DNA of 20,323 nt, taken from Oopsacas minuta (Eukaryota > Animalia > Porifera). Both the position numbers and the translations under genes were made by a program. Below the pieces are notes generated by a model. The model was not told the origin of the DNA, searched no databases, and saw only the letters and a list, made by a program, of their open reading frames with translations. Position 1 is the first letter of the stretch, and each line of letters starts with the position of its first letter. Below are positions 10,579 through 20,323 of the stretch, piece after piece. The stretch lies in the NCBI GenBank assembly GCA_024704765.1, contig JAKMXF010000130.1, positions 1 through 20,323 of the forward strand, read 5' to 3'.

Positions 10579-11762
10579 AAGACATACCATGTAGCCCATG
10601 GAAGCGCCCTTTTTCGACTGCAGGGATCGGAAGATGTTCCCATAAAAGGAGATAGTAGTAGCGGAGGATAAACTGTATTCCTATATCACGGGGTTAAAAT
10701 AGGGATACGATTCTTAGTAAAAGCTACATACTGATAGTAAACTAATAGCAAACTCAGTCCGGTGAAAAGGCTAGAACCAGACTACAGAATAGAAATCCAT
10801 GAATCTAACCTTGAAGCTACCCCGGTAACATAAATTATTCAATTTATGAATGAAATAAATTTGTTCGTGGTATTTAATTCTATTTCGCTATCAATATCTA
10901 CAAAAAAGTGGTGTAACTAAGGTTTAGGAGGCCTGGTTTATTTATGACACGGGGCCCTTCATATCAAAACGAATTCGTAATGTTGTCGATTATTGGGGAA
11001 GCATATGCAAATCTTTTGAATTTTTGTCTCGGAAACTGGACATCACACATTTTTACAGCAAAATTGAGCAATATTTATATGATTTAAAACATGTTTCAAA
11101 ATTCCAGTGCACATTCTCAAGTTAAGAAGGATTTTCGGACGCATGTAACCCTACACTTATCACCAAGCAATTTAGCAAATAATGTCATAATATTTTGGTT
11201 GGAAAACTAAATTTAGGACATTATGTAAAGTAATCTTTTCTACTTTACATTTTTCTACCCGTATTGCATCACCAGAAACATATTTCCTCTTCATTATTAC
11301 CTACGTAGGTAGTCTGAAAACAAACAGTTACACAGGTACAGTATTACACTGAATAACTGAAGGGGTAAGAAAAATAAAGACTTATGAATAAAAATTAACC
11401 CCACCCTCCAAAAGAATTTATTGATGAAATTTACGGTTCAATGACTATGTGACAAATTAGGATAATTACAGTTTCCAAAATCTTTTGTATTCTGAAAAAT
11501 TAAAAATATATTTATACGAAAAGATGCCCACATAAAGGATAAACGTCCGTCCGCTTATTCATGCTAATACGGTATATCGTCAGTGCAATAAAATACAAAA
11601 AGAAATGATTTGTGGCTCCAGAACAGTGTGCTAGCTAGAACAGAAAGAAACCATTTGAACGGAATCCCGAATCTGGCTAACCAACTGCAGCTATGGGTTA
11701 TACATAGTTACATCAGTGAAATAGCTTCGTTTTAGTTATGCTTCCATTTGGAAAACAATTTA

Positions 11763-11851
11763 TTAGGCGATTCGATTACTCGAGAATTCTTTATCTCGAA
11801 AAGATATGGATTCCCCTGAAGGTTAAGTTCGAGTTCCAGGATGGTGACTTG
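11763..11851. mobile_element. Possible degenerate pogo/Tigger-like MITE
   Basis: TCGATTACTCGAG, TTATCTCGAA and TTCGAGTT...GACTTG|TA resemble the TCGATAACTCGAA-type motifs of small pogo-like MITEs. The left end is eroded. Confidence 0.3.
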
Positions 11852-13524
11852 TAAAATCCTACGAAAAAGTACCAACACAAAAATGGTTATTTAACAAAGA
11901 TTGTCGTGAATTATACCAAGATAAGGTCGCTAGGCCTTGCAAATCGTTCTCCGGAAAAGAACAGGTTATCTCAAAGCCGAAAGATTAGGTTTGATAAGAA
12001 AAACAATGAAGAATTCTATATGTAGATATCAAATAAATAAATAGAGATTAGTCTTCCAAAAGATGCTATTGTAACTGGATTAATTATAAATATAACCAAT
12101 TGCAATTTGTCTCAAACCTTTCAGGTACACTAAAGCAACAAAATTTGCTAGTAAGAATCCCCTTATTCCAATTTAAAGAATATAATGCACAATAGCGAAA
12201 GATTAATTACCATGTCTGTCCTTTGAAAGAATCTGTTGTTACAAATTGCCTGAAAAAGGGTTAGCGCTTCATCTAATCGGTTCTAGAGAAAGAGAAAAAG
12301 TAAGGAAGAATGAAAATATAAACTCTAAGACAGCAAATACAAATAGACATATTGATTATAAAGCAGGAGTCAATTCCATTCTATCCGTTCAAACGGCAAA
12401 AATACACATCTTTCAAGTTAAAATAGCTAGAGGGATGTGTCATAAATTGCATGGACCGTATTCAACGTCAGTACGTACCTCCACGGGGCCTGAAATATAT
12501 AGGAGTGATTCAAGGACATTCGTCGAAGGAAATTTGGCCGAAAATTGAAGATATAAAAAGGAATATGATGAAATAATGGGAAATTTAGAAGGGGAAGAAT
12601 TTGGAAACTTAACGAAATAATCAAATTAATGGTGTTACAATTGGATTCATTACCTGACTAGATATTATTTTGCAAGAATATGCTATTTAGTTTTGTTGGC
12701 CAACACACGTGGAGACACTTGAAAAGTATCTAAAAAGTACTTTATATTCAATTACTTTACAAAAGAACAGGTAGAAATACAATTAAAAAATAAGTACTTA
12801 AGCACGATTGTACTTGAACCATCCCTGATTCTCGTACACAAGTTTGATGCACCCAATAGATTCTTTGCCACAGATATATATATATATGTAAACACTATAA
12901 CTATCTAGTAACATCTCTCAACATTATCTAGCAATTGTGCAACTTGGATGGTACACTATATGATAAATGTATTGAGGCCTCCGCTCATACTACTGGCTCT
13001 TTCAGACAATGAAATAATCTCCGATATGCTTTCCTGCCTCCCAGCCTTTCCGAGATAAACTCACTACTCTCGTTGTGAATCTCACACTGGGTCTAGATTG
13101 CCGATCAGAATCTGAGAAATTCATCTAAGTCTGTTTCCGTAATTACTTCAGGTATAAATTCCTATTCATCTCCTCTTCTTCAAATATATGGGGTAACATC
13201 TGTCTTACTAATTCGATATCACCAGATAGTCTGTCACAAACCTTCGAGATGGGACTGTAACGCTACTTCCTAGATAAGGTAGTTCAGAGTCTGGGGGATT
13301 ATTCACCAAATTTCTTAAACTTAAATTTAATTTGGTACAAATTTACGCAAATTTTAAGCCTATTCTGTGGCAGACTTAGATTTGCAAATAGGAATTGCCC
13401 TTTAACAATTGTATAGCCAAAATGACACTAAATATCAATGATTATGCTTGGATTTATAATCAAATTTGAATTGTATATATTTATAGAAGCATACTACAAT
13501 CCCCTGCATCATGCCATAACTTTT

Positions 13525-13890
13525 AAATTAATGTATTTCTTAACCATAGCCTAAATCATAAACTCGAAAATGTTTGTTTATACTCTTCTCTGTCTACTGA
13601 ATTGCGGGAGTGGCAATCCCGTTTCCTAGCTCTTGTAAGGTATGAAATAGCCATCCTCCGAGATGTATTTTCAGGTCAAGAAATAGCCAGAAATCACAAG
13701 GTGATAGATTCAGGGAATACGAGGATGTTCCATCGTTTCAAATCCGATATCCTCAATGACTTCCCTAACGTATTTTGAAACATGAGGTAGGCATAAACGT
13801 GGAGAAGTTTGATTCCTCGTATTCCTGCACGCGACGTCGTGTTTTATAGACTTTCTCGACTTCTCTCAGGTATTTTCTGCATAAAATTCT
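13525..13890 (-). pseudogene. Mariner (DD34D) transposase C-terminal remnant, absent from the ORF track
   Basis: Minus strand across frameshifts: FYAEN..EVEKVYKTRR..RAGIRGIKLLH(V for D)..KYVREVIEDIGFETMEHP..SP..SPCDFWLFLDLKIHLGG..F. The HPPYSPDLSPCDFWLF motif is typical of mariner. CDFWLF maps to 13681-13698. Confidence 0.82.
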
Positions 13891-14124
13891 TCTTTGAGTC
13901 ATTCTCATTTAGGCACAAGTATTTGAGCCACTGGCCATAAGCATCAGAAATATGCTTTAGAGAACCTCATCGTCTCGGAGTCCGGGGGTGCCTTTTCGGG
14001 GGGATATGGACCTTTGGGGAGCCAGGATTTACTTCGTTCCTTAAGCAGAGGTTCAGGAAAATTTAATCCAAGATTCGTCACCACCGTCGGTAACTGAACA
14101 TGGTCGGGAACCGGACATAATCTA

Positions 14125-14498
14125 CTTGTATCCGGCATGTTCTAATAATCGGTATGTAGTAAATTAGTAGTGCAGGTTTTGAATAACACTTCATTTATAC
14201 AGACTTGAATGTAGGAACAATATTATGGAAAATTCTCATATCTACTGTATAATTTATTCCAATTCTAAAAACATACCGGTAATGGGAACCAATTAGACTA
14301 CTACTCTAAGTGTTCTTGTAACCGGCATAAATTATATTGTATTGCAACAGTTTCCAGTAATAACTTCTTATAACCGGCATGGAATGTTCTTATACCCGAT
14401 AAAAATTCAACAGAGAAAAATAAGATTTCGTAATCATGTTAAGATGCATATAACCGGCATGTTCTTCTAACCGGTGTTCTTATTTCAGGCATCTACGA
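14125..14498. mobile_element. Right end of a pogo/Tigger-like element with subterminal repeats
   Basis: Degenerate TTCTTATAACCGGCATG units occur near 14128, 14312, 14365 and 14450-14480. The run ends GTTCTTATTTCAGGCATCTACGA|TA, resembling the reverse complement of a TA-CAGTAGATGCC...ATAAGAAC terminus. Confidence 0.5.
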
Positions 14499-14593
14499 TA
14501 TTTAATGTAGAGCAAAACATAGTACGTACTTGATTCGATAAGAAGTATTATGGTAAGTACGAAATATTTTGTTTCCCCAAGGAGGTGAGTCAT

Positions 14594-14674
14594 CAACAAA
14601 TAGGATAATTCTTTACCAAAATCATTTGTATTTGCAAATACAAATGGTTATGGTAAAAATTATCCTATTTGTTG
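14594..14674. repeat. 81-bp near-perfect loopless palindrome
   Basis: The left arm CAACAAATAGGATAATTCTTTACCAAAATCATTTGTATTTG matches the reverse complement of the right arm with one indel and two substitutions. The centre is TTTG|CAAA, and CAT flanks both sides. Confidence 0.95.
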
Positions 14675-14848
14675 CATATTCAAATGAGGCGTAATTTCAT
14701 CAAAGAAAGTCTTCTAGAAGGTGATGCTAAATTGTATTCACTGGTCATGGTGCCTTTATCTAGCTCCCTAAGCTTATTCAAGCCCCAAAGCTAATTCAGG
14801 GAATTACGGTACAGTATACGACAATTTGTGTAACTAACTGAGGGACAT

Positions 14849-14876
14849 AATTCCGCGAATTTTGGGTCCAACTTAC
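14849..14876 (-). repeat. Orphan mariner-like TIR
   Basis: Its reverse complement GTAAGTTGGACCCAAAATTCGCGGAATT matches 20102-20129 (CTAGGTTGTCCAAAAAGTTCGCGGAATT) at 21/28 ungapped. Confidence 0.45.
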
Positions 14877-15285
14877 ATTATCCGGGCAAATCTCTTCATT
14901 TGGTGGACTTCGTCCGTATTAGTCTCCATGCACTCATCTCTGATTCAGTGACATTGTACGGATAAATGTGGTCTGGCCAAAAGTGGGGGCTCGAATATTA
15001 AAAATGTTACATCATTTATATAATGATCATGCCATGGCCTGGACAAGCTGATCAAGTACTACGTCTATGGGACTTGAAATAGATTTCCAATGAATAAAAT
15101 TGGGAGAAAGTATCGGACTCGCCCACACAAAATTTCGATTAATAGGGGGACGAAATTTCTACTTCTACCAACATTTCTGACAGGTAGACTGTAGATATGA
15201 ACTGATTTGGACCGCTCCAATAAATATTTGGAATTGACGCCCCTCATTTATGAGGTTATGGTGTAATATTAAGGATGACCATATA

Positions 15286-16531
15286 CTGTGTGAGAATAAA
15301 GGTCTGTTACATTCGAATTTGTGAATAACCAAGTAGAGAATCATTCTACAAAATATTATTCAATATATCCACCTTTATTCTTACCCACGGAATGTAGTCG
15401 TGTACTAAATTTTAAGACTGCGGCTCGCAGGTCTTTTTGTGCCATATTTCATTATCTGGTGAATGCATTGAGTAGCGAAGCAAACTTTTATGGGGTTTAG
15501 TAGAAGTCCTCTTCTCTAAATTACCCACACAGAATAATCCAGCGGATTGAGGTCAGTGCTGGAAGGTGGCCATTCAGTCTTTGATAATACTTGATATTTT
15601 TCCCCTGAGTCGGGACTGAGTCGCGTTCGAGGAATGCGCTGGAGCTGAGTCCTGTTGGAATATCAATTCCTGATTTTCGAATAGGCAGCGACCTGCATCT
15701 TTGAGTCCCGGCTCGAGTATTGGTATCCTGTACATTTCTCAGTGTATTCTTAATCCTTTCGAGATAAAAATCAGATTTGTCCTCGAATTCGCCGTCACTC
15801 CTCCCGAAACCATAATAGATTGCAGTTTCTGGACTCCATCAAAAAATTTAACCCCTTAGGGGTGTCTTTAGCCGTATAAGATAAAACTTGTCATTTTGAC
15901 AGTTCATGGCGTCCTATACAGTGAAGAGCATTTCATCGGAAATAGAATTTTTCAAAATCTTGGGATGCGAGGCGCCGGAGGCCCCTTGTATCTTTCGAGT
16001 TCTTTTGAAGAATTGATGGTGTGTCAGATGATGTACCGTCTTCCTTTTGATAGATTTTAGTCCCAAGACCTGATATACAAGTCTTCTAAGCGATTCACGG
16101 TTAATTTCCAATTCATTGGTCATATTTCGCATCGAGCGTCCGAGATTTCCCGCACTCGACTTCCCACTGCATTCCTGACCGAATGGATCTAGCGGTGGGT
16201 GGTATACCTGAACGAGCCTTGTCTGTTATGCTACTAGTCTCCTTATATCGTTTTATTGCTCGATACACTAGCATCCTAATCACTTTCTCATGTTTCAGCT
16301 TCTTCAAAATTTCAGTTGGTGAATTACCGGGCAAAAAATGAGTAATTATTTTGGACCTTGAATGTACCATGATGTAAAAAAAGTACTAGACGCTAAACAG
16401 TATCAAATGCTACTGTAACTCGGCTGCAACCAAGTAAAATTAACGAAAAAAGACTAGTGATTAGGGTTGCACTGTAAACATAGTAGTTAGCTACTGTGCA
16501 ATCAATGTAACAGAACTTAATTGTTACCCTG
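15286..16531 (-). mobile_element. Full-length but defective DD37D (maT) element
   Basis: TIRs CTGTGTGAGAATAAAGGTCTGTTACATT (15286, preceded by TA) and rc CAGGGTAACAATTAAGTTCTGTTACATT (16531) match at 22/28. Length is 1246 bp. Confidence 0.9.
15356..16370 (-). pseudogene. DD37D transposase pseudogene
   Basis: MVHSRSKII..VYRAIKRYKETSSITDKARSG, SISDEMLFTV, IFQQDSAPAHSSNATQ..EWPPSSTDLNPLDYSVW (37 aa D-D spacing after repairing one frameshift), KGGYIE* (stop 15356-15358). The C-terminal half is not in the ORF track. Confidence 0.92.
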
Positions 16532-16536
16532 TGAGG

Positions 16537-16679
16537 CAGTGGTTCTCAACCTGGGATTCGCGGCCCCTAGGGGTCCGTGGCCCTAAATACGTTTTCGTTA
16601 TGTTTATTGGCAAGGGGTCCAAGGACCCCATAAAATAGACCAAAAGGGTCCGCGGAAGAAAAATGGTTGAGAACCAATG
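16537..16679. mobile_element. hAT (Charlie-like) MITE, 143 bp
   Basis: TIRs CAGTGGTTCTCAACC / GGTTGAGAACCAATG match at 14/15, with internal GGGTCC motifs. The 8-bp flanks CTGTGAGG / CTGAAAGA match at only 5/8. Confidence 0.85.
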
Positions 16680-16951
16680 CTGAAAGAAAACATTCACGAT
16701 TAGGTAATATTGGTAAAGCTATCATATCCAAAAGTCTCAGAAGAGCATGGGTGAAGTGAGAGATACAATCTTTAACGTTCAAAGTAACATCAGACAATGG
16801 CATACTTTATCAGAGAAATGTTTACTAAACAAATATTTTTGTCATATACATGAATTTTTAGGTATATACAGGGTGCTTAAAAAGTTCTGATACAAACCAT
16901 TTTGTCTATAATGATTTTTCAGGATGACCTATATCATTGATTTTCTATATA

Positions 16952-17146
16952 TAATTACAGATTCCATATATATAGCTGAGCTATAGTATAGTATAGTTTT
17001 TTGTAATACAAAAAACCCATACCCTCATTCCAAAAGGTGACTTTCATTAGGCCTAAAAATGACCTTTCCTCGAACATGGTAAAGCTAATACACAAAAACT
17101 GTACCATAGTATTGTTGAGCTATATATAAGTTATTTGATGTAATTA
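16952..17146. repeat. Imperfect ~55-bp inverted repeat inside the 3' UTR of the DD37D element
   Basis: TAATTACA..TATATATAGCTGAGCTATAGTATAGTATAGTTTTT (16952-17005) versus rc of 17090-17146, TAATTACA..TATATATAGCTCAACAATACTATGGTACAGTTTTT. Confidence 0.5.
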
Positions 17147-17179
17147 ATACATACTATTAGGAAGAGATTGCCTAGTCAT

Positions 17180-18159
17180 TTATTCAATATAACCGCCCTT
17201 TTTGGAAATGACACCCCTGAGTATATTCGAGAATCATTCTGCTGCGGAACCAGAGTTTTTGGGATATCTACTCCCATTCTCGACACAAGGAAATAATTAG
17301 AGAGCCACCCGTGTTGTGTGACACATAGTCCATGGAATTTAAATCGGGACTGTATGGTGGCCATTCATCCTTGTGTATAAAATTGGGAATATTGTGCTTC
17401 AGCCAATCTTGGGTCGTATTGGCCGTATGGGCGGGAGCACCATCTTGTTGGAAAAACAAATGGCTGTCCAGAAAACATGGTCTGGCACAGAACTTTACCA
17501 CAGGCTCTAATACAAGCTCTTGACATGTTTTGGCACTGATTTTCACTTCAGGGGGATGAAAATCAGTGGTGTGCGGCCAAAAGCAGAGACCCCAGCCCAA
17601 ACCATCACCGACAGCGGTTTCTTCATCCGACTGATATATCTGAACTTATCAGGGATCGCTGAAACTGAGGTCGAGATGACTCTGTCGTTTTGGCTATTTG
17701 TAGCCTCTTCAATGGTGAAATTTTCTCATCTGGGAAAAGGGTATTTTCGAGAACCCCAATAGCGTGTAGAGAAAGTAGGCTCTTGCTCCGGGACGCTCTC
17801 TTTCCTTCACACACCCAGATAGGAATTGCATCTTATGAGTTTAAAAGAACGCAATCTTAGATTCCTTTTCACAACCTTTGTAATGCTTGGCGAGATATAT
17901 TGAGCTCCAAGGCCATTTTCCTCATCGAACGATGTGGGGCCGAATCCGTTCTTGCACCACTTTCTTGAGAGTTGGGGTCGTTAGAAGGCATGGATAACCA
18001 GATTTCGGCTAGTCTACAGTGTCCCCAGTTTCCTTATATCAATTTATCGTCCTGCAGAAAAATGCCCTACGTCCTTTGCAATATTCAGCAGTTTCAAAAT
18101 TTCTGAGGGATTTTCCCCGCCACATGCAACTCAATAATTGCTGACTTCTCAGAATCCAT
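17180..18159 (-). pseudogene. DD37D transposase pseudogene
   Basis: MDSEKSAIIELHVAGK, TLFPDEKI, FFQQD-GAPAH..EWPPYSPDLNSM-D (37 aa spacing), an apparent short deletion after DY, and KKGGYIE* (stop 17180-17182). Confidence 0.92.
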
Positions 18160-18632
18160 GGTCAATCACAATTTTCTTTCAAAATAGCATACACTAAATT
18201 GAAATAATATTCGTTAGGAAGCGTACAAGGCATGTCATGGAAGATCAAGCCATTGAGAATACTTCCCGACAAAGGTTGTATATAAATTGTGATTTTGTAT
18301 CAGAACTATGGAGCCACCTTGTAATGCTTGATACTTTGTTGTTCTACAATCTGAATATATGCAATACATTAATTCGGGAATAAATGAACCATTTCGGATA
18401 TATAGAAACGCAATACAAATACTTCGGTGATATGTACATCCCTAGTCCAAAATCCTAAAAAAGTTGTAATGCCTTATATATAGTAGGCTATGGCAAACTT
18501 GGTCTTATGGAATGAACTAAGCTTCTGTTTATATAACCAACATACATTAGGTCAATAATAAGCCCAAATTTGCTATATAGTCAAATAATATAATTAATTA
18601 AGAATATATACAGAAATACAACTATGTACGAA

Positions 18633-19193
18633 CAGGGGCGTCAGGTTGACCAAAGTAGTGGGGGCCGTTGTATTCACTACTAATTTTACTTTGAACTACA
18701 CAAATTATAATGAATAGTAAAATGAATTTTATATCGAATTAATGACTTTATCAACAAATATGACTTGTATAATGGAGAAATTCAGAATATAACATATTTA
18801 GTCAATCCTTTAATGTATTTCTGAATTGATTAATTGTAGAATCTATAGTGGTGTTATTTCGTAATTGCTCAATTAAGGAATCAATAGTCAATAGTTTATG
18901 TTATTTCCTAATTGAACAGTAAGAGGGTCTAGACTCTAGAGTATGAATAATATAAATATGATTAATCATATCAATAACTAGTTGCTCATATTACATTCAT
19001 TACAAATAAACAAATAAACATTGTCAATCGGTTAGAAGTATTAAGTATTACAATCATGTGCCACATATTTATTTGTAGTACATTTAGTATACTAGGAAAT
19101 TGGAATAGTAAAATATATTTCAAGTGAGCATAATTTTTTCAAAGAAATTGGGGGAGAGCGGCCCCCCCGCCCCCTCAGGACCTGACGCCCCTG
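18633..19193. mobile_element. hAT-family MITE, 561 bp
   Basis: Perfect 13-bp TIRs CAGGGGCGTCAGG / CCTGACGCCCCTG. The 8-bp TSD TGTACGAA / TGTATGAA matches at 7/8, differing by a CpG-type transition. Subterminal segments are GC-rich and the interior is AT-rich and non-coding. Confidence 0.92.
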
Positions 19194-20101
19194 TGTATGA
19201 AGATGTTCGTGTAACTAGTGTTTTTCATATAGGGTAATTGTGAATTTTGTGTACAACACAAGGACAATCAATCAATCAAGTACTACTAATCATATACTTT
19301 CTAAAATTCAGGATATTTTGCAATTACTTAACATTACTACTAATTACAAGCCAACGTATGACAGAAAATACATCATATCTTCGGAAAACTATACATATCA
19401 GAGATAATTTAGAAAAATATCCAGAATACATCACACACTACATTAATCACGTTGCCCTCATAAATGTGGGCGGATAACTCGACAAGGAGAGCGAGAATCG
19501 AATTCAAGGGAACATGCTCCGACTGGGAACGACTTTTTAACAACATAAAAAGAAGAAATGGACCAAAAAACAAATAAACAGAAACCAAAATTCCACTGCG
19601 GTTAACCTATATGAAAGGAGTAGGTAAATAACCTCTACTTACAGTTGAGTCATCCTCACGTATTAACATATCATAACCAGACAAAGCAGCAACAAATAGA
19701 ACAGCCTTGACGTCATCAAAACATTGAATCCATTTCTTTCTTTCAGATCTCTGTCCTCCAACATCGACCAACCTATAAATAAGATGAAGAGAAATAATAT
19801 ACCCGAATTCAGGAAAAATTCATAAATATCCATAATCAATTCTTGGAAAATTATCGATGTTGTTTTCCAAAATCCTATAGAGGGGTGGAGAAAAATCCAA
19901 TAAAAATTCCAAAAATCATACACAAAAGATAAGGAATATGGGAATAAAGTAAAAAAGTGAAATATAGTTTTTTATACTAAAGTGTCCTCTCCATCACTTC
20001 TCCAGAACATTTTAGTGGAAAATTCTTAGTGAAATATTCATAAATCAGCTATCTTCTGAAAATGCGATAAATCTAGATATGCATATATGATAGTCAGTAT
20101 A

Positions 20102-20323
20102 CTAGGTTGTCCAAAAAGTTCGCGGAATTTTATTCCTAGTTTGTGTTATATACACTCTATCAATTAGCCTGTTGTTTCGATTAATTCTAATATCCCTTAT
20201 CTCAATTATCCTAACTTTTGTAACCAAAAAGTTTGGTTTAGGTATTCTTTTAGCATCATTTACGATTGTCGTATTTTTTTCTAAAATGGAAAACTCAGAA
20301 GATGGGAAACGATATATCATTTG
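20102..20323 (+). mobile_element. Probable left end of a mariner-like element running off the window
   Basis: TA-CTAGGTTGTCCAAAAAGTTCGCGGAATT is a TIR-like start. An ATG at 20286 (MENSEDGKRYII) lies ~185 bp downstream and stays open to the window end. This is too short to confirm a transposase. Confidence 0.5.

Larger units (their letters stand above)
16869..18321 (-). mobile_element. Defective DD37D (maT) element with both TIRs and TA flanks
   Basis: TA-CAGGGTGCTTAAAAAGTTCTGATACAAA (16869) and rc TA-CAAGGTGGCTCCATAGTTCTGATACAAA (18321) match at 22/28. Confidence 0.9.

Noticed and set aside
10906-10957. hAT-like terminus AGTGGTGTAACTA...GGGGCCC
   Set aside because: No partner TIR or TSD was found, and it could equally be a decayed DD37D 3' TIR.
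12246-12548. 100-aa ORF with KLHGPY, reminiscent of a gypsy integrase GPY/F motif
   Set aside because: It is a single short motif with no integrase core, LTR or polypurine tract support.
12874-12887. (AT)7 microsatellite
   Set aside because: Too short and common to be informative.
12960-13310. Coding-looking minus-strand stretch (CDRLSGDIELVRQMLPHIFEEEE...)
   Set aside because: It is interrupted by stops and I recognise no family. A TBLASTX search would be needed.
13944-14138. GC-rich Pro-rich ORF next to the mariner remnant
   Set aside because: No recognisable homology; it may be internal sequence of the adjacent pogo-like element.
19663-19923. Hydrophobic 86-aa minus-strand ORF, and a plus-strand acceptor-like TTTCTTTCTTTCAG near 19733-19746
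   Set aside because: The hydrophobicity reflects T-rich codons. No partner exon or donor could be supported without RNA-seq.
506-20320. Short ORFs in the track as host genes (e.g. 506-742, 992-1213, 1880-2194, 5631-6105, 6999-7464, 19247-19477, 20102-20320)
   Set aside because: They have no recognisable domains, many overlap repeats or are antisense to transposase remnants, and their lengths are what chance gives in AT-rich DNA.
1-20323. CRISPR array, rRNA, intact tRNA or prokaryotic operon/defence system
   Set aside because: There is no regular repeat-spacer array, no recognisable structural RNA and low coding density. The content is eukaryotic transposon debris.

Overview
AT-rich eukaryotic (probably invertebrate; inference) non-genic or intronic DNA dominated by decayed class II transposons, roughly 40-45% of the window by my boundary estimates. 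I found no intact protein-coding gene, RNA gene or CRISPR array. Nearly all informative ORFs in the track are frameshifted transposase fragments. Recognisable elements: a near-complete Chapaev3 (CMC) element with both TIRs, three distinct DD37D (maT) Tc1/mariner elements, an internally deleted Tc1-type DDxE element, a DD34D mariner remnant missed by the ORF track, two hAT-type MITEs, pogo/Tigger-like ends and a probable mariner left end running off the window. Unexplained structure includes a ~210-230 bp long inverted-repeat pair, a perfect 26-bp hairpin, an 81-bp loopless palindrome and a short motif array. Family assignments come from motif recognition by eye, not database searches. I found no convincing novel multi-gene system.
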